Below are positions 51,828 through 63,930 of a DNA stretch of 64,000 bases, one piece after another; position 1 is the stretch's first letter; each line of letters starts with the position of its first letter. Source of the DNA: an uncultured Solirubrobacterales bacterium. GTDB lineage: Bacteria > Actinomycetota > Thermoleophilia > Solirubrobacterales > JBBDJG01. The notes beneath the pieces were generated by a model. The model ran no database searches. It was not told the origin of the DNA and saw nothing but the letters and a program-made list of their open reading frames with translations. The stretch covers positions 5,897 to 69,896 of the forward strand of contig CAWACB010000001.1 in NCBI GenBank assembly GCA_963780475.1, given 5' to 3'. The position numbers were made by a program, and so were the translations under genes.

Positions 51828-54800
51828 TCAGCAGCCGCCTCCGTTGTTGTACTTGTCCAGCGCGTCCTTGAGCGCGATGGCCAGATTGCGCTGGTTGGCG
51901 CTCAGGTTGTATGTCGCGGCCGGCCCGGTGTAGTTGACGCCGGTTGCCGTGATGCCCGCGTACGTGACGCTCTGTGCCTTCAGGAACGCATCGGTCTTGT
52001 CGACGACCCCCTGGATGCAGGCGTCGCTGCCGTTCTTGACGTTGAACTTCGTCGCCAGCAGGTGTCCGCCCAGACAGCCGATTGCGTCGAGCGCAGAGCT
52101 GCTCGAGCAGTTCATGCCGTTGAACACCGACGTCGCCTTCGCGAACGTGTTCACGTTGTAGTTGCCGAGCGGATCGGCAGCAGCGTCGTGGCCTGCTGCT
52201 GGTGGTTCTTCCAGTAGCCCGGGGTGAGCGGAGCGGTTCCCGGCCTGCACGGTCACGGTCTCGTCGCCGCACTTGCTGGTGAGCGGCGCGACGTTCCCGT
52301 TGCCCTTGTAGTTCGCGATCCAGTAGTACGTGCCGGGGGTCGTGAACTTGATCCGAATCGGATGCCGCAGCGACGTTCCCGGCCCCGACGGTCTTCATCC
52401 CCGCGGTCGCGAACAGCGTCGTGCACTTGTTGTCCGTGTAGACCTTGTAGGAGACCTGGCCGCCGGCGTTGGCCGGAGCGCCGACCAGCGTCGCGACGTC
52501 ACGCACCCACGTGTTCGGCCCGACGGTGATCTTGGCGCCCGTCGGCTGCCGCCCATGCTCGTCAGGTTCGTCGTGATCGTGAAGTCGTCATTCGTGACGG
52601 TGCAGTACTTGGTCTGCCCGACAGCGATGCTGCCGGTGCAGTCCGCCGAGAAGCTGCCCGCGTAGCCGTTCACGGTGCTCTCGGTGACGCCGTAGTTGCC
52701 GGCGTTCAGACCCACGTTGGTGCCCGCGGAGCTGCCCGCGAAGCTGCTCGGGCTCGGGCTACTGCCGGTCACGGTCATCGTGAAGTCGGAAGGCTGCTTG
52801 GTGCCGCCGTTGTTGTTGACGACCAGCTTCTTCACGACCAGCTTCGGCTGGATGTCGTTGTTCGTGACCGTGCAGGTCTTGGTCTGCGCCGAGCGCGAGC
52901 GTGCCCGAGCAGTCGGCCGAGTAGGCTCGGCGTAGCCGGACACCGCCGCCCTCGGAGACCGAGTAGCTGCCCGCGTCGACCGTCACCTCGGTGCCGGGCG
53001 ACTCCGCGCCGGGGAACGACGGCGGGTCGGTGCCCGGGTCGTTCACGGTCATCGTGAAGTCGCCGGCGCTGCGTCGGCCGCCGTTGTCGTTGATCACGTG
53101 CTTGATCACGGTCAGCTTCGGCGCGATGTCGTTGTTGGTGATCGTGCAGGTCTTGGTCTCGCCGGCGAGCGCGAGGGTACGTTGCCGCGCGTCGCAGTCG
53201 CCCGAGTAGCGTCTGCGGAGTAGCCGGCGACGGCCGCCTCGCTGACCGTTGTAGGTGCCGGGGTCGAGCGTGTAGGTCGGTGCCGGCGACTCCGGCCCGC
53301 CTGCGGGCTGCCGGCTGACATCGGTGCCGCCGCTCTTGACGTGCATCGAGAAGTCGCTGGCGGCTTCGTCCCGCCGTTGTCGTTGATCGACGTGCTTGAT
53401 CACCTTCAGCTTCGGCGCGATGTCGTCGTTGGTGATCGTGCAGGTCTTGGTCTGCCCGATCGCGATCGTGCCGTCGCAGTCAGCCGAGGGGGTGGCCGCG
53501 TAGCCGTCCGGGCCGTCCTCCGTCACCCCGTAGGCCCCGGCGTCGAGCGTGACTGCGTGCCGGGCGACTCCGCGCCGGGGAACGAGTCGTCGCTCGGGTT
53601 GACGGCGTCGATGATCATCGTGAATTGCGCTGCCGTCGCCGTGCCGCCGTTGTCGTTGATCACGTGCTTGATCACGTTCAGCTTCGGCGCGATGTCGTCG
53701 TTGGTGATCGTGCAGGTCTTGGTCTCCGGCGACGCCAGGGTGATCGTTGCCGCTCGCGTCGCAGTCGCCCGAGTAGGTCGCGGCGTAGCCGGCGACGGCC
53801 GCCTCGCTGACGTTGTAGGCGCCGGGGTCTGAGCGTGTACGGTGGTGCCGGTCTCCGCGCCCGCCTGCGGGCTGCCGCTCGACGTCGGTGCCGCCGCTCT
53901 CGACGTGCAGCGAGAAGTCGCTCGGCTCGAGCGTGCCGCCGTTGTCGTTGACGACGTGCTTGATCACGTTCAGCTTCGGCGCGATGTCGTTGTTGGTGAT
54001 CGTGCAGGTCTTGGTCTGGCCGACGGCGATCGAGCCGGAGCAGTCGGCCGAGTAGCGTCTGGCGTAGCCGGCAGGCCGCCTCGGCCGACCGTGTAGGCGC
54101 CGGCGTCGAGCGTGACCTGGTGCCGGCCTCCTCGCCCGGGAACGAGTCGTCGCTGGCGTTGGTGCCGGTCGACGTTCATCGTGAAGTCGCCGGCGTCGGC
54201 GTCGCCGCCGTTGTCGTTGATCACGTGCTTGATCACGGTCAGCTTCGGCGCGATGTCGTCGTTGGTGATCGTGCAGGTCTTCGTCCTGGCCGACGCGCGA
54301 TCGAGCCGGCGCAGTCAGCCGAGTAGGTCGCGGCGTAGCCGGCGACAGGCCGTCCTCGGTGACCTGTAGGCGCCGGCGTCGAGCGTGACGTCGGTGCCGG
54401 CCTCGGCACCCGGGAACGAGCGTCGCTGACGTTGGTGCCGCGTCGACGTTCATCGTGAAGTCGCCGCGCTCGGCGTGCCGCCGTTGTCGTTGATGACGTC
54501 TTGATCACGGTCAGCTTGGCCGCGATCGTCGTCGTTGGTGACGGTGCAGGTCTTGGTCTGGCCGAGCGCGATCGTGCCGGCGCAGTCAGCCGAGTAGGTC
54601 GGCGGTGTAGCCGGCGACCGGGTCCTCGGTGACGCTGTAGGCGCCCGCGTCGAGGGTCACGTCGGTGCCGGGGCTGTCGGCGCCCGGGAAGTTGTCGGGG
54701 CTGTCGTCGGTGCCGCCCGAGTCGAGCGTGAAGTCATCGGACTCGAGCGTGCCGCCGTTGTCGTTGACGACGTTCTTGATCACGGTCAGCTTGGCCGCGA

Positions 54801-57800
54801 TCGTCGTTGTTGGTGACGGTGCAGGTCTTGGTCTGGCCGATCGCGATGTTGCCGGCGCAGTCAGCCGAGTAGCTCGGCGGTGTAGCCGGCGACCGGGTCC
54901 TCGGTGACGCTGTAGGCGCCCGCGTCGAGGGTCACGTCGGTGCCGGGGCTGTCGGCGCCCGTGAAGTTGTCGGGGCTGTCGTCGGTGCCGCCCGAGTCGA
55001 GCGTGAAGTCATCGCGACTCGGCGTGCCGCCGTTGTCGTTGACGACCTTCTTGATCACGGTCAGCTTGGCCGCGATCGTCGTTGTTGGTGACGGTGCAGG
55101 TCTTGGTCTGGCCGAGCGCGATGTGCCGGCGCAGTCAGCCGAGTAGGTCGGCGGTGTAGCCGGCGACCGGGTCCTCGGTGACGCTGTAGGCGCCCGGGTC
55201 GAGGGTCACGTCGGTGCCGGGGCTGTCGGCGCCCGTGAAGTTGTCGGGGCTGTCGTCGGTGCCGCCCGAGTCGAGCGTGAAGTCATCCGACTCGAGCGTG
55301 CCGCCGTTGTCGTTGACGACCTTCTTGATCACGGTCAGCTTGGCCGGATCGTCGTTGTTGGTGACGGTGCAGGTCTTGGTCTGGCCGAGCGCGATGTTGC
55401 CGGCGCAGTCAGCCGAGTAGGTCGGCGGTGTAGCCGGCGACCGGTCCTCGGTGACGCTGTAGGCGCCCGCGTCGAGGGTCACGTCGGTGCCGGGGCTGTC
55501 GGCGCCCGTGAAGTTGTCGGGGCTGTCGTCGGTGCCGCCCGAGTCGAGCGTGAAGTCATCCGACTCGAGCGTGCCGCCGTTGTCGTTGACGACCTTCTTG
55601 ATCACGGTCAGCTTGGCCGGATCGTCGTTGTTGGTGACGGTGCAGGTCTTGGTCTGGCCGAGCGCGATGTTGCCGGCGCAGTCAGCCGAGTAGCTCGGCG
55701 GTGTAGCCGGCGACCGGGTCCTCGGTGACGCTGTAGGCGCCCGCGTCGAGGGTCACGTCGGTGCCGGGGCTGTCGGCGCCCGTGAAGTTGTCGGGGCTGT
55801 CGTCGGTGCCGCCCGAGTCGAGCGTGAAGTCATCGGACTCGAGCGTGCCGCCGTTGTCGTTGACGACCTTCTTGATCACGGTCAGCTTGGCCGGATCGTC
55901 GGTGTTGGTGACGGTGCAGGTCTTGGTCTGGCCGAGCGCGATGTTGCCGGCGCAGTCAGCCGAGTAGCTCGGGGTGTAGCCGGCGACCGGGTCCTCGGTG
56001 ACGCTGTAGGCGCCCGCGTCGAGGGTCACGTCGGTGCCGGGGCTGTCGGCGCCCGTGAAGTTGTCGGGGCTGTCGTCGGTGCCGCCCGAGTCGAGCGTGA
56101 AGTCATCGGACTCGAGCGTGCCGCCGTTGTCGTTGACGACCTTCTTGATCACGATCAGCTTGGCCGGATCGTCGGTGTTGGTGACGGTGCAGGTCTTGGT
56201 CTGGCCGAGCGCGATGTTGCCGGCGCAGTCAGCCGAGTAGCTCGGGGTGTAGCCGGCGACCGGGTCCTCGGTGACGCTGTAGGCGCCCGCGTCGAGGGTC
56301 ACGTCGGTGCCGGGGCTGTCGGCGCCCGTGAAGTTGTCGGGGCTGTCGTCGGTGCCGCCCGAGTCGAGCGTGAAGTCATCGGACTCGAGCGTGCCGCCGT
56401 TGTCGTTGACGACCTTCTTGATCACGATCAGCTTGGCCGGATCGTCGGTGTTGGTGACGGTGCAGGTCTTGGTCTGGCCGAGCGCGATGTTGCCGGCGCA
56501 GTCAGCCGAGTAGCTCGGCGGTGTAGCCGGCGACCGGGTCCTCGGTGACGCTGTAGGCGCCCGCGTCGAGGGTCACGTCGGTGCCGGGGCTGTCGGCGCC
56601 CGTGAAGTTGTCGGGGCTGTCGTCGGTGCCGCCCGAGTCGAGCGTGAAGTCATCGGACTCGAGCGTGCCGCCGTTGTCGTTGACGACCTTCTTGATCACG
56701 ATCAGCTTGGCCGGATCGTCGGTGTTGGTGACGGTGCAGGTCTTGGTCTGGCCGAGCGCGATGTTGCCGGCGCAGTCAGCCGAGTAGCTCGGGGTGTAGC
56801 CGGCGACCGGGTCCTCGGTGACGCTGTAGGCGCCCGCGTCGAGGGTCACGTCGGTGCCGGGGCTGTCGGCGCCCGTGAAGTTGTCGGGGCTGTCGTCGGT
56901 GCCGCCCGAGTCGAGCGTGAAGTCATCGGACTCGAGCGTGCCGCCGTTGTCGTTGACGACCTTCTTGATCACGATCAGCTTGGCCGGATCGTCGGTGTTG
57001 GTGACGGTGCAGGTCTTGGTCTGGCCGAGCGCGATGTTGCCGGCGCAGTCAGCCGAGTAGCTCGGGGTGTAGCCGGCGACCGGGTCCTCGGTGACCTGTA
57101 GGCGCCCGCGTCGAGGGTCACGTCGGTGCCGGGGCTGTCGGCGCCCGTGAAGTTGTCGGGGCTGTCGTCGGTGCCGCCCGAGTCGAGCGTGAAGTCATCG
57201 GACTCGAGCGTGCCGCCGTTGTCGTTGACGACCTTCTTGATCACGATCAGCTTGGCCGGATCGTCGGTGTTGGTGACGGTGCAGGTCTTGGTGACGCCCG
57301 CCTCAATCGTGCTGTCACAGTCCCCCGAGTAGCTCGCCGTGTAGCCGGCGGGTCCGGTCTCGGTGACGTCGTACGCGTAACCGTCGACGAAGGTATTGGT
57401 GGTGCCGGGACTCTCCGCGCCGGCGAACGTCGTGTCGTCGGTGTCCTGGAGGTCCATCGTGAACTGACCGGCAGTCGCAGTGCCGCCGTTGTCGTTGACC
57501 ACGTGTTTGATCACCGTGATCGAGCCGGTCTGCAGGTCATTGGTGATCGTGCACTCGGTGATCGTGCTCGCCTGGACGGTGAAGTTCGCGAGTCCAGGGA
57601 ACACGTTGTAGTCCGTCCCGTCAGTGGTGCACGAAATGCTCTGCAGCGCATATGTCGGACTCGGGTCCGCCTCAGAGAGCGTGTAGTTGGTGCCGGTCTT
57701 CAGGTCGGAAACCAGATCGGAGTCCCCGTCGAAGGTCAGCGTGCCGGTCGCCGTCGTCGCTCCGCTGTACTTGATCGCGGACATGTCGGACCGCTTCAGC

Positions 57801-58741
57801 GTGTAAGCGAACGTGCCCGTCCCGTCCTCCGGATCGGTGTCCTTCGTCACCCGGACAAAACCGCAGTTGGAGATCGCGGTGCCCGAGAAGTCGCCCAGGA
57901 CGACGTCCTTGAAGTCGGCCTGGTCGGAGTTGCCGGTGATGGTCGCGGGGATGACGTTCGCGACGGTGAAGCAGGACGTCGGGTTTTCACCGAAGATTGT
58001 CGCGGTCAGATCGACCGCGCCCTCACCGAACAGCCCGTCGTCCGCCGCGGCGGCCTCCGAGACGGTGTTGTCGAGCTCGGTGCCCGCGCCGAATCCCGAG
58101 CCGCTGAATGTTCGATGCACGATCTCAAGCGACTGGCCCTGCGTGTCGAAGACCAGCGCGAAGTCACCGTCAGCACGGTTCTGCCAAGGGTTGCATGTGT
58201 CGATCAGGTTCTGAGCGGCGGCATTGGCCGGGGGCGTCAGAGAGGCGCCCGTGTAGTCGCACGCGGCAGGGCGGGCGTTCTGCTGGAACTCGAACAAGAC
58301 CTGCCCGGTGCTGTCGGCCTCGCGCTCGAAAGCGAAGTAGAGCCACACGTGTCCGGTGTTCGGATCGACCCTCGTGTCGAGGTAGACGCCGCCGAGGTCC
58401 TGCCCAGGAGTGATCGACGTGTAGCCGAGCGTAGGCAGCACGTCGTCGTGGATGTTCCCGAGCTTGGTGGTGGAGCCCTGCTCCGCTCCCAGCTCACTGC
58501 TGTTGCCGGACGGGTCCGTATAGAAGGCGGCGCCAGCGTCCGGGTCGTCACCATCAATCGTGTAGCCGCCGCTCGCGGCACGGGCGGAGCCGGGCGCGAA
58601 CAGCAGTAGCGTCGCCGCTACAGCCAGCGCAAGCAGGACCAGGTGTGAGGCGACTCGTCGGGCGAACGCTCCGGCGTCGTCGCGCAGCACGATGGTGCTG
58701 CGGACATTCCTGCCGAAGAGGAACGCTCGACCGTTACCCAT
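51828..58741 (-). CDS. Very large secreted repeat protein with about 18 prealbumin/SpaA-like Ig domains (multiple frameshifts)
   Basis: Signal peptide ending SARA, unique N-terminal domain, repeats KL.VIK.V.NDNGG...YS.DC.G....G.TKTCT.TN, C-terminal TPGYWKNH-type domain; no LPXTG seen. Confidence 0.85.
54527..57290. repeat. Ten near-identical 273-bp (91-aa) tandem repeats within the large surface protein gene
   Basis: The unit encoding DDFTLDSGGTDDSPDNF recurs ten times at 272-275 bp spacing. Confidence 0.95.
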
Positions 58742-58962
58742 GAATGACCCACTCCCTGTGTCAATGGTGCCTCGGCATCATTGCCTTGGCCCCCCCTATG
58801 AACGGCCCCTGCCAGGGCCCGAGGAAACAGTTCATCAGCGCGTCCCTGCGCAACGACGACCCTGCCTGCCCGATAACTAGTTACAACCCTATGCTGCGAG
58901 TTGCAGGACGCCTATCTGCGCTATTTGCACGAAGTCAAGCCGGTCATTCGCCCGGCAAGGCC

Positions 58963-59413
58963 CTACCGGCAGTCGGGGCACGAGCCCCTCAGCACCACAT
59001 CGTGCTCGCCGACAGCGTAACGCAGGCGGCGTCGCCAGACGCGCAATTGCGTCCTCGAGCGCGGGGTCCTCGAACGAGGAAACCTTGCCGCAGCGGTCGC
59101 ACACGACGTGGTGGTGATGCTCGCCGCCGGGGTGCGCGGGCTCGTAACACGCGGCGGGGCCGAGCTCGACGCGGCGCACGAGGCCCGTGCGGGTGAGCAG
59201 GTCGAGCGTGCGGTAGATGCTCGCGATGCCGGCGCCGCGGCCATCTTCCCGGAGCTGGTCGAAGATCTCCTGAGCGGTCAGGCAGCAGTGCTGGCGGGCG
59301 AGCAGCTCGACCACCGCCATGCGCGCGCCGCCGCTGCGGTGGCCCTCGCTGCGGAGCTTGTCGCGAGCGTGCTGGGCCCAGGCCGACTGGTCGCGGCTGC
59401 GAGGAGCAGGCAT
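58963..59413 (-). CDS. Fur/Zur family transcriptional regulator (frameshift near 59020)
   Basis: TAQEIFD, ASIYRTLDLL and HHHHVVCDRCG; HDVVLRGSCPDCR is in the shifted frame. Confidence 0.9.
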
Positions 59414-59420
59414 CGGCTGA

Positions 59421-59435
59421 TGATAATGATTCCCG
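59421..59435. promoter_or_regulatory. Putative Fur/Zur box just upstream of the regulator
   Basis: TGATAAT-G-ATTCCCG: one good and one degenerate half-site of a 7-1-7 box, AT-rich in a GC-rich background. Confidence 0.45.
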
Positions 59436-59468
59436 CCTCGCGTTTTTTGCAGAAGCGACGCGGCCGCG

Positions 59469-60098
59469 TCAGGAGTTCTTGATCACGATGCTCTCGAGGG
59501 TGTTGGCGACCTTCTCGGTCGAGTCGATCGCCGCCTCGAGGCGGTCGAAGATGTCCTTCCAGCGGATCACGACCATCGGATCGACGCCCTCCTCGAAGAG
59601 GGCCGCGAGCGCTTGCCGCGACAGCCGGTCTCCCTCGTTTTCGAGACGGTGCAGCTCGACGGTGAAGTGGTGGATGTCGTCGAAGTTCCGCAGCCGCGGC
59701 ATCGCCTGCTCCAGCTGGCGGGCCGCGTCCAGGAGCACGCGCGCCAGCGCCTGCGACTGCTCCATCGGCGCCTCGACGTTGTAGAGGCCGAGGAAGTCGG
59801 CGACCTCGTCGATGTAGTCGACGATGTCGTCGAGGCCGCCGGCGAGCTCGTAGATGTCCTGGCGGTCGATCGGCGCTGTGGTGCGGCCGTTCAGGCGCCG
59901 GATGATGTCGTGCGTGATGCGGTCCCCGTCCTGCTCGCAGATCAAGATGTCCCGCACGAGGTCGGCTTGCTCCGGGTAGGACGCGAGCATCCGCTCGAGC
60001 AGCTCGGCCGCGCGCAGGATGTTCCCGGCCGCCTCCTCGAAAAGATCGAAGAACGCCTGGTCCCCCGGCCCACCGAATATCCGCAGGAGGCGTGCCAC
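59469..60098 (-). CDS. DUF47 family (phosphate transport accessory) protein
   Basis: FFDLFE, EQDGDRITH, PIDRQDI..L...LDDIVD, LENEGD and WKDIF; GTG at 60098. Confidence 0.9.
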   Translation of the reverse strand: MARLLRIFGGPGDQAFFDLFEEAAGNILRAAELLERMLASYPEQADLVRDILICEQDGDRITHDIIRRLNGRTTAPIDRQDIYELAGGLDDIVDYIDEVADFLGLYNVEAPMEQSQALARVLLDAARQLEQAMPRLRNFDDIHHFTVELHRLENEGDRLSRQALAALFEEGVDPMVVIRWKDIFDRLEAAIDSTEKVANTLESIVIKNS

Positions 60099-60179
60099 GG
60101 TCCCGACGGTACACAACCGAGGGCCGTGCCACGCGCGGTGGCTACGATCATTCATCCCGCAACGAACAGGAGCGAGCAG

Positions 60180-60608
60180 ATGGCTGAAGAGATCCAGGAC
60201 GTAATTGCCGGCGACGGCTACGCGGTCGGCACGATCGAAGCGCTCGGAGAGGGCTACGGCTTCCGCAAGGTCCGCCAGGGCCTCGGCGTGACGGCCTTCG
60301 GCGTGAACGCGATCGTCATGCCCGCCGGCCACGAAACCGGCCGCCACTACCACGACGAGCAGGAGGAGCTGTACTTCGTGCACCAGGGCACGGTCGAGTT
60401 CGAGTTCGGCGACGGGAGCAGCTACGTGCTCGGGTCGGGCGGCTTGGCGCGTGTGGACGCCGCGACGGTGCGCAAGATCAAGAACCTCGGCGACGAGGAC
60501 GCCGTTTATCTTGTCGCCGGCGGCAAGGATGGCTACGTCGGGCGCGACGGGCGGATGCCGGAGGGTGAGCAGCGCTCGCAGGCGAGCGGGCCTCCCGGGG
60601 CGGCCTAG
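60180..60608 (+). CDS. Cupin domain protein
   Basis: LGVTAFGVN and HYHDEQEELYFVHQG cupin motif; AGGAG upstream of the ATG at 60180. Confidence 0.85.
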   Translation: MAEEIQDVIAGDGYAVGTIEALGEGYGFRKVRQGLGVTAFGVNAIVMPAGHETGRHYHDEQEELYFVHQGTVEFEFGDGSSYVLGSGGLARVDAATVRKIKNLGDEDAVYLVAGGKDGYVGRDGRMPEGEQRSQASGPPGAA

Positions 60609-60617
60609 GCCAGGCCG

Positions 60618-60896
60618 ATGAGCTTCCTCGCCTACATGGTCTTCATCGCGGTCGGCGGCATCATCGTCGGCGCGATCGCCCGGCTGGCGCTGCCCGGCAA
60701 GGACCCGATGACCATCTGGCAGACGATGCTGGTCGGGATCGGCGGATCGCTCGCCGCCGGCCTGCTGACCTGGCTGGTGCTGGACCGGGCGCCGGGAATC
60801 GTGCTCTCGGTCCTGTTCGCGACGCTGATCGTGTACTTCGTCCGGCGCTCGCGCGGCGGGTCGCTGTCCGACCCGGGGCAACCGCCGCCCGCTTAG
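60618..60896 (+). CDS. GlsB/YeaQ/YmgE (transglycosylase-associated) membrane protein
   Basis: GAIARLALPGKDPM...TMLVGIGGS and three TM helices. Confidence 0.88.
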   Translation: MSFLAYMVFIAVGGIIVGAIARLALPGKDPMTIWQTMLVGIGGSLAAGLLTWLVLDRAPGIVLSVLFATLIVYFVRRSRGGSLSDPGQPPPA

Positions 60897-61778
60897 CGGC
60901 GCTCGGCCACCACTTCATATAGAGCGGCGAAGTCCTGCTCGCCCAGGCCGCGTCGCTCTGCCTCGGCCAGGATTCTTTCCGCCTCGGTGAAGTAAGAGAC
61001 GGCGTCGCCGAGCCCGAGCTCCTCCGCCTCCGCCAGGCACAGGCGCACGTCCTTCAGCATGTGCTCGAGCTTGAAGAGCGTCGGGTAGTCGCGGTCGATC
61101 ATCGGCTGTGCCTTGAGCTGGAGCCATCACCGAGCCACCCGCTCCGGCACCGACCACCTGGATCAGCTTCGCGAGGTCCAGCTCCGCGCGGCGGCCCAGC
61201 AGGAGGCCCTGTGCGAGCACGGCGGCGTTGGAGGCCGCGATCGCGTTGTTGATCAGCTTCGCCATCTGTCCGTCGCCGAGCGGGCCGACGCGCACGACCA
61301 GCTCGCCCATCACCTCGAACAGCGGTCGCGCGCGCTCGAAGCCGGCGGGCTCACCGCCCGCCATGATCGTGAGCGTTCCGTCCTCAGCCTTCGGGGCCGA
61401 GCCGGTCACCGGCGCGTCGACGAACCGCAGGTCGCGCTCCGCCAGCGAGGCGCCGATCCGCCGCGCCCAGGAGCGCCCGATCGTGGACATGTCAACGCAC
61501 AGGGACCCCGGCCCCGCTCCGCGCGCGTATCCGTCCTCGCCAAGCAGCACGGATTCCACCTGTGGTCCGTCCACCACCATGGTGATGACCACCTCGCAGC
61601 GCTCGCCCAGCGCCTGCGGCGAGGCGGCAACATCGGCTCCGTGCTCGGCCGCCCACCGCTCGGCGGTCTCCACGGTTCGGTTCCAGACCACCAGCTCGTG
61701 CCCGGCGCGGCGCAGATTGGCCGCCATCCGGGACCCCATGATGCCGAGCCCGATAAAGCCGACGGGGGAGTCGCTCAC
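60893..61778 (-). CDS. Beta-hydroxyacid dehydrogenase family oxidoreductase (frameshift near 61120)
   Basis: GFIGLGIMG, DAPVTGS and AKLINN; FKLEHMLKDVRL is in frame 60893..61102. Confidence 0.9.
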
Positions 61779-62435
61779 GCGGGCAGCTGGTCGGCGAACC
61801 GCGCCAGCTTGTCAGGGTCGCGGAACGGCGGCCCGTGCCCGAAGCAGACCAGCGCCGGCCGCAGCGCCGCGATCCGGCGGATCGACTCGCGGTTGCGCGC
61901 AGGATCCGGCGTGAACGCCTGCGGCGGCTCGCGCAAGCCGGGAATGCTGGTCAGCAGGTTCATGCCGTTCATCACGTCGCCGACGATCGCCACCCGGTCC
62001 GACTCGCGCCAGTAGGCGACGTGGCCGGGCGAGTGGCCCGGTACGTCGAGCACCTCGAAGCCCGCCACCTCGTCGCCCTCGCGCAGCCGCCGCGCGACAG
62101 GATGACCGGGCCCGCCCCAGGCACGCGCGATCACGCGGTTGAGCGGGTGCTTGGACTGCTCGAAGTTGCCGCTCTCCGCGGAGGCCACGTCCAGCTCGCC
62201 CACCCAGTAGGGGATGCCGAGCCGCTCGCAGATAGTCGTGGCTCGCGCCCTGATGGTCCGGGTGGGAGTGGGTCAGCGCGTGCGCGGTGATCTTCCGGCC
62301 CTTGATCTCGCCCCTGATCCGGCGCCCCGCCAGACGGGTGGCCGCGTCGACCAGGACGTCGCCGATCACGTACACGTTGATCGCGTTGGGCGGGAAGCCG
62401 CGCAGCCTGTGGACGCCTGGTGCGAGCTCGCGCAT
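61775..62435 (-). CDS. MBL-fold metallo-hydrolase (frameshift near 62235)
   Basis: THSHPDHQG, PGHSPGH, GDV and FGHG motifs. Confidence 0.9.
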
Positions 62436-62495
62436 TGGCGCGCATCCTAGATGAGTGACTCGTGGACCCTCGCGCCAGCGCTATCGTTGGCGCGC

Positions 62496-63429
62496 ATGTC
62501 GCCCAGGCACGGATTCCTGGCTGCTATCGGCGTCGTTGTCTTGGCCTCCGTGGTGGCCATCGCGTTCGGCGATTCTGGCTCCCGAGTCAGTTCCGGCTCC
62601 CCGGTCGGGAGCTGCCCCGTGTTCCCGGCGAACAACCATTGGAATGTGCGGGTCGACCGCCTGCCGGCGGCCCGGGACTCGGACCGCCTGGTGCGCAGGA
62701 TGGGCCCCAATGAGCGCCTGTTCGCGGACTTCACGATCCCCTACACCGTGGTCTCGAAGAGCCAGCCGCGCAAGCAGGTGCGCTTCCGCTACCACGACCA
62801 CTCCGACAGTGGCCCGTACCCGATTCCGAACGACGTGCCGATCGAGCCGGGAATCGACCAGCACGCGCTGATCGTGGAGCGGGACAGCTGCCGGCTCTAT
62901 GAGCTCTACGACCTGCGGCGCCGCGGGGGTGTGTGGCGAGCCGGATCCGGCGCGATCTTCAACCTGCGCTCCAACCGCCTGCGCCCGAGCGGGTGGACCT
63001 CGGCCGACGCGGCCGGCCTGGCGATCCTGCCCGGGCTGGCGCGCTACGGCGAGGTCAAGAAGGGAGCGATCAAGCACGCGATCCGCTTCACCGCCGACCA
63101 GACCGCCGCCCGCTTCGTCTACCCGGCACGGCATTTCCAGGACCGCGATCCCGATCGAGGCCTGCCACCCATGGGCCTGCGGATGCGGCTCAAGTCGAGC
63201 GTGGACATCTCGGGCTTCCAGCCTCAGTCGCGCGTGATCCTGCAGGCGCTGAAGCGGTACGGGATGCTGCTCGCCGACGAGGGCGAGGAGTGGTTCATCA
63301 GCGGCGCGCCGTCGCCGGGCTGGAACTTCAAGGACCTCCGCACCCTGGACGCGATCAAGGGGTCGGACTTCGAGGTCGTCGATACGAGCTCGCTGCCGAA
63401 GCCGGGCCTGGGCAGCAGCGGGCCGCTAG
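62496..63429 (+). CDS. Secreted conserved hypothetical protein; 3' end uncertain
   Basis: N-terminal hydrophobic segment and well-formed domain (FPANNHWN, TSADAAGL, HAIRFT, PPMG.R.RLK, ALKRYG); the ORF runs on to 63893 antisense to the MOSC gene, probably through an indel. Confidence 0.7.
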
Positions 63430-63908
63430 GCCGCGCCCAGCTCCTCGACGGAATCCCCGATGGCGATCCGGCCGCCAACGACCACGTCGGTGCGCAGGCC
63501 GCCGCGGTGCACCAGGCCCTTCAGCACGCCGGGACTGGTGATTCGGTCCAAGTGGTCGCACGGCTCGCACAGGCGGCTGCCCACGCACTCGACCTCCCCG
63601 ACGCGAAAGCGGCGCCCGATCAGGTCGTTGAGCGACAGGCCGCGGGTCAGGACGTTGCGACGCGCCGCCGCTGGGCTCAGCTCGATCCCCTCCTCGGCCG
63701 CGAGCGCCTCCAGCGCCTCCACCTCGATCAGCGTCAGGTCCTGCCCGGACTTGCCCTCCTCGTAGAAGGTGCCGTCGCCGGCGAAGTAGCGGTCGCCCTC
63801 GATTCCCTTCCCGGGCACGACGTTGGCCTCCTCCACGGCATGCGGGAGAACCGTCGCGCGGGGCGCGATGTAGATGCCTTCGACCGTCCCTGATTGCCCA
63901 TCTTCCAT
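63426..63908 (-). CDS. MOSC domain protein
   Basis: GIEGDRY, RRNVLTRG, LIGRRFRVG, CEPC and GGLR motifs. Confidence 0.9.
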   Translation of the reverse strand: MEDGQSGTVEGIYIAPRATVLPHAVEEANVVPGKGIEGDRYFAGDGTFYEEGKSGQDLTLIEVEALEALAAEEGIELSPAAARRNVLTRGLSLNDLIGRRFRVGEVECVGSRLCEPCDHLDRITSPGVLKGLVHRGGLRTDVVVGGRIAIGDSVEELGAA

Positions 63909-63930
63909 GCTGAGCTAGGCTACCGACCTC

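Noticed and set aside
54527-57290. 273-bp tandem array as a CRISPR or a diversity-generating retroelement TR/VR pair
   Set aside because: Units are contiguous coding repeats without unique spacers, there is no cas or reverse transcriptase gene, and differences are not adenine-specific.
63430-63893. Long antisense overlap between the secreted protein ORF and the MOSC gene
   Set aside because: The overlapping part reads as the antisense of MOSC, and a TAG at 63427-63429 suggests the real end was shifted by an indel.
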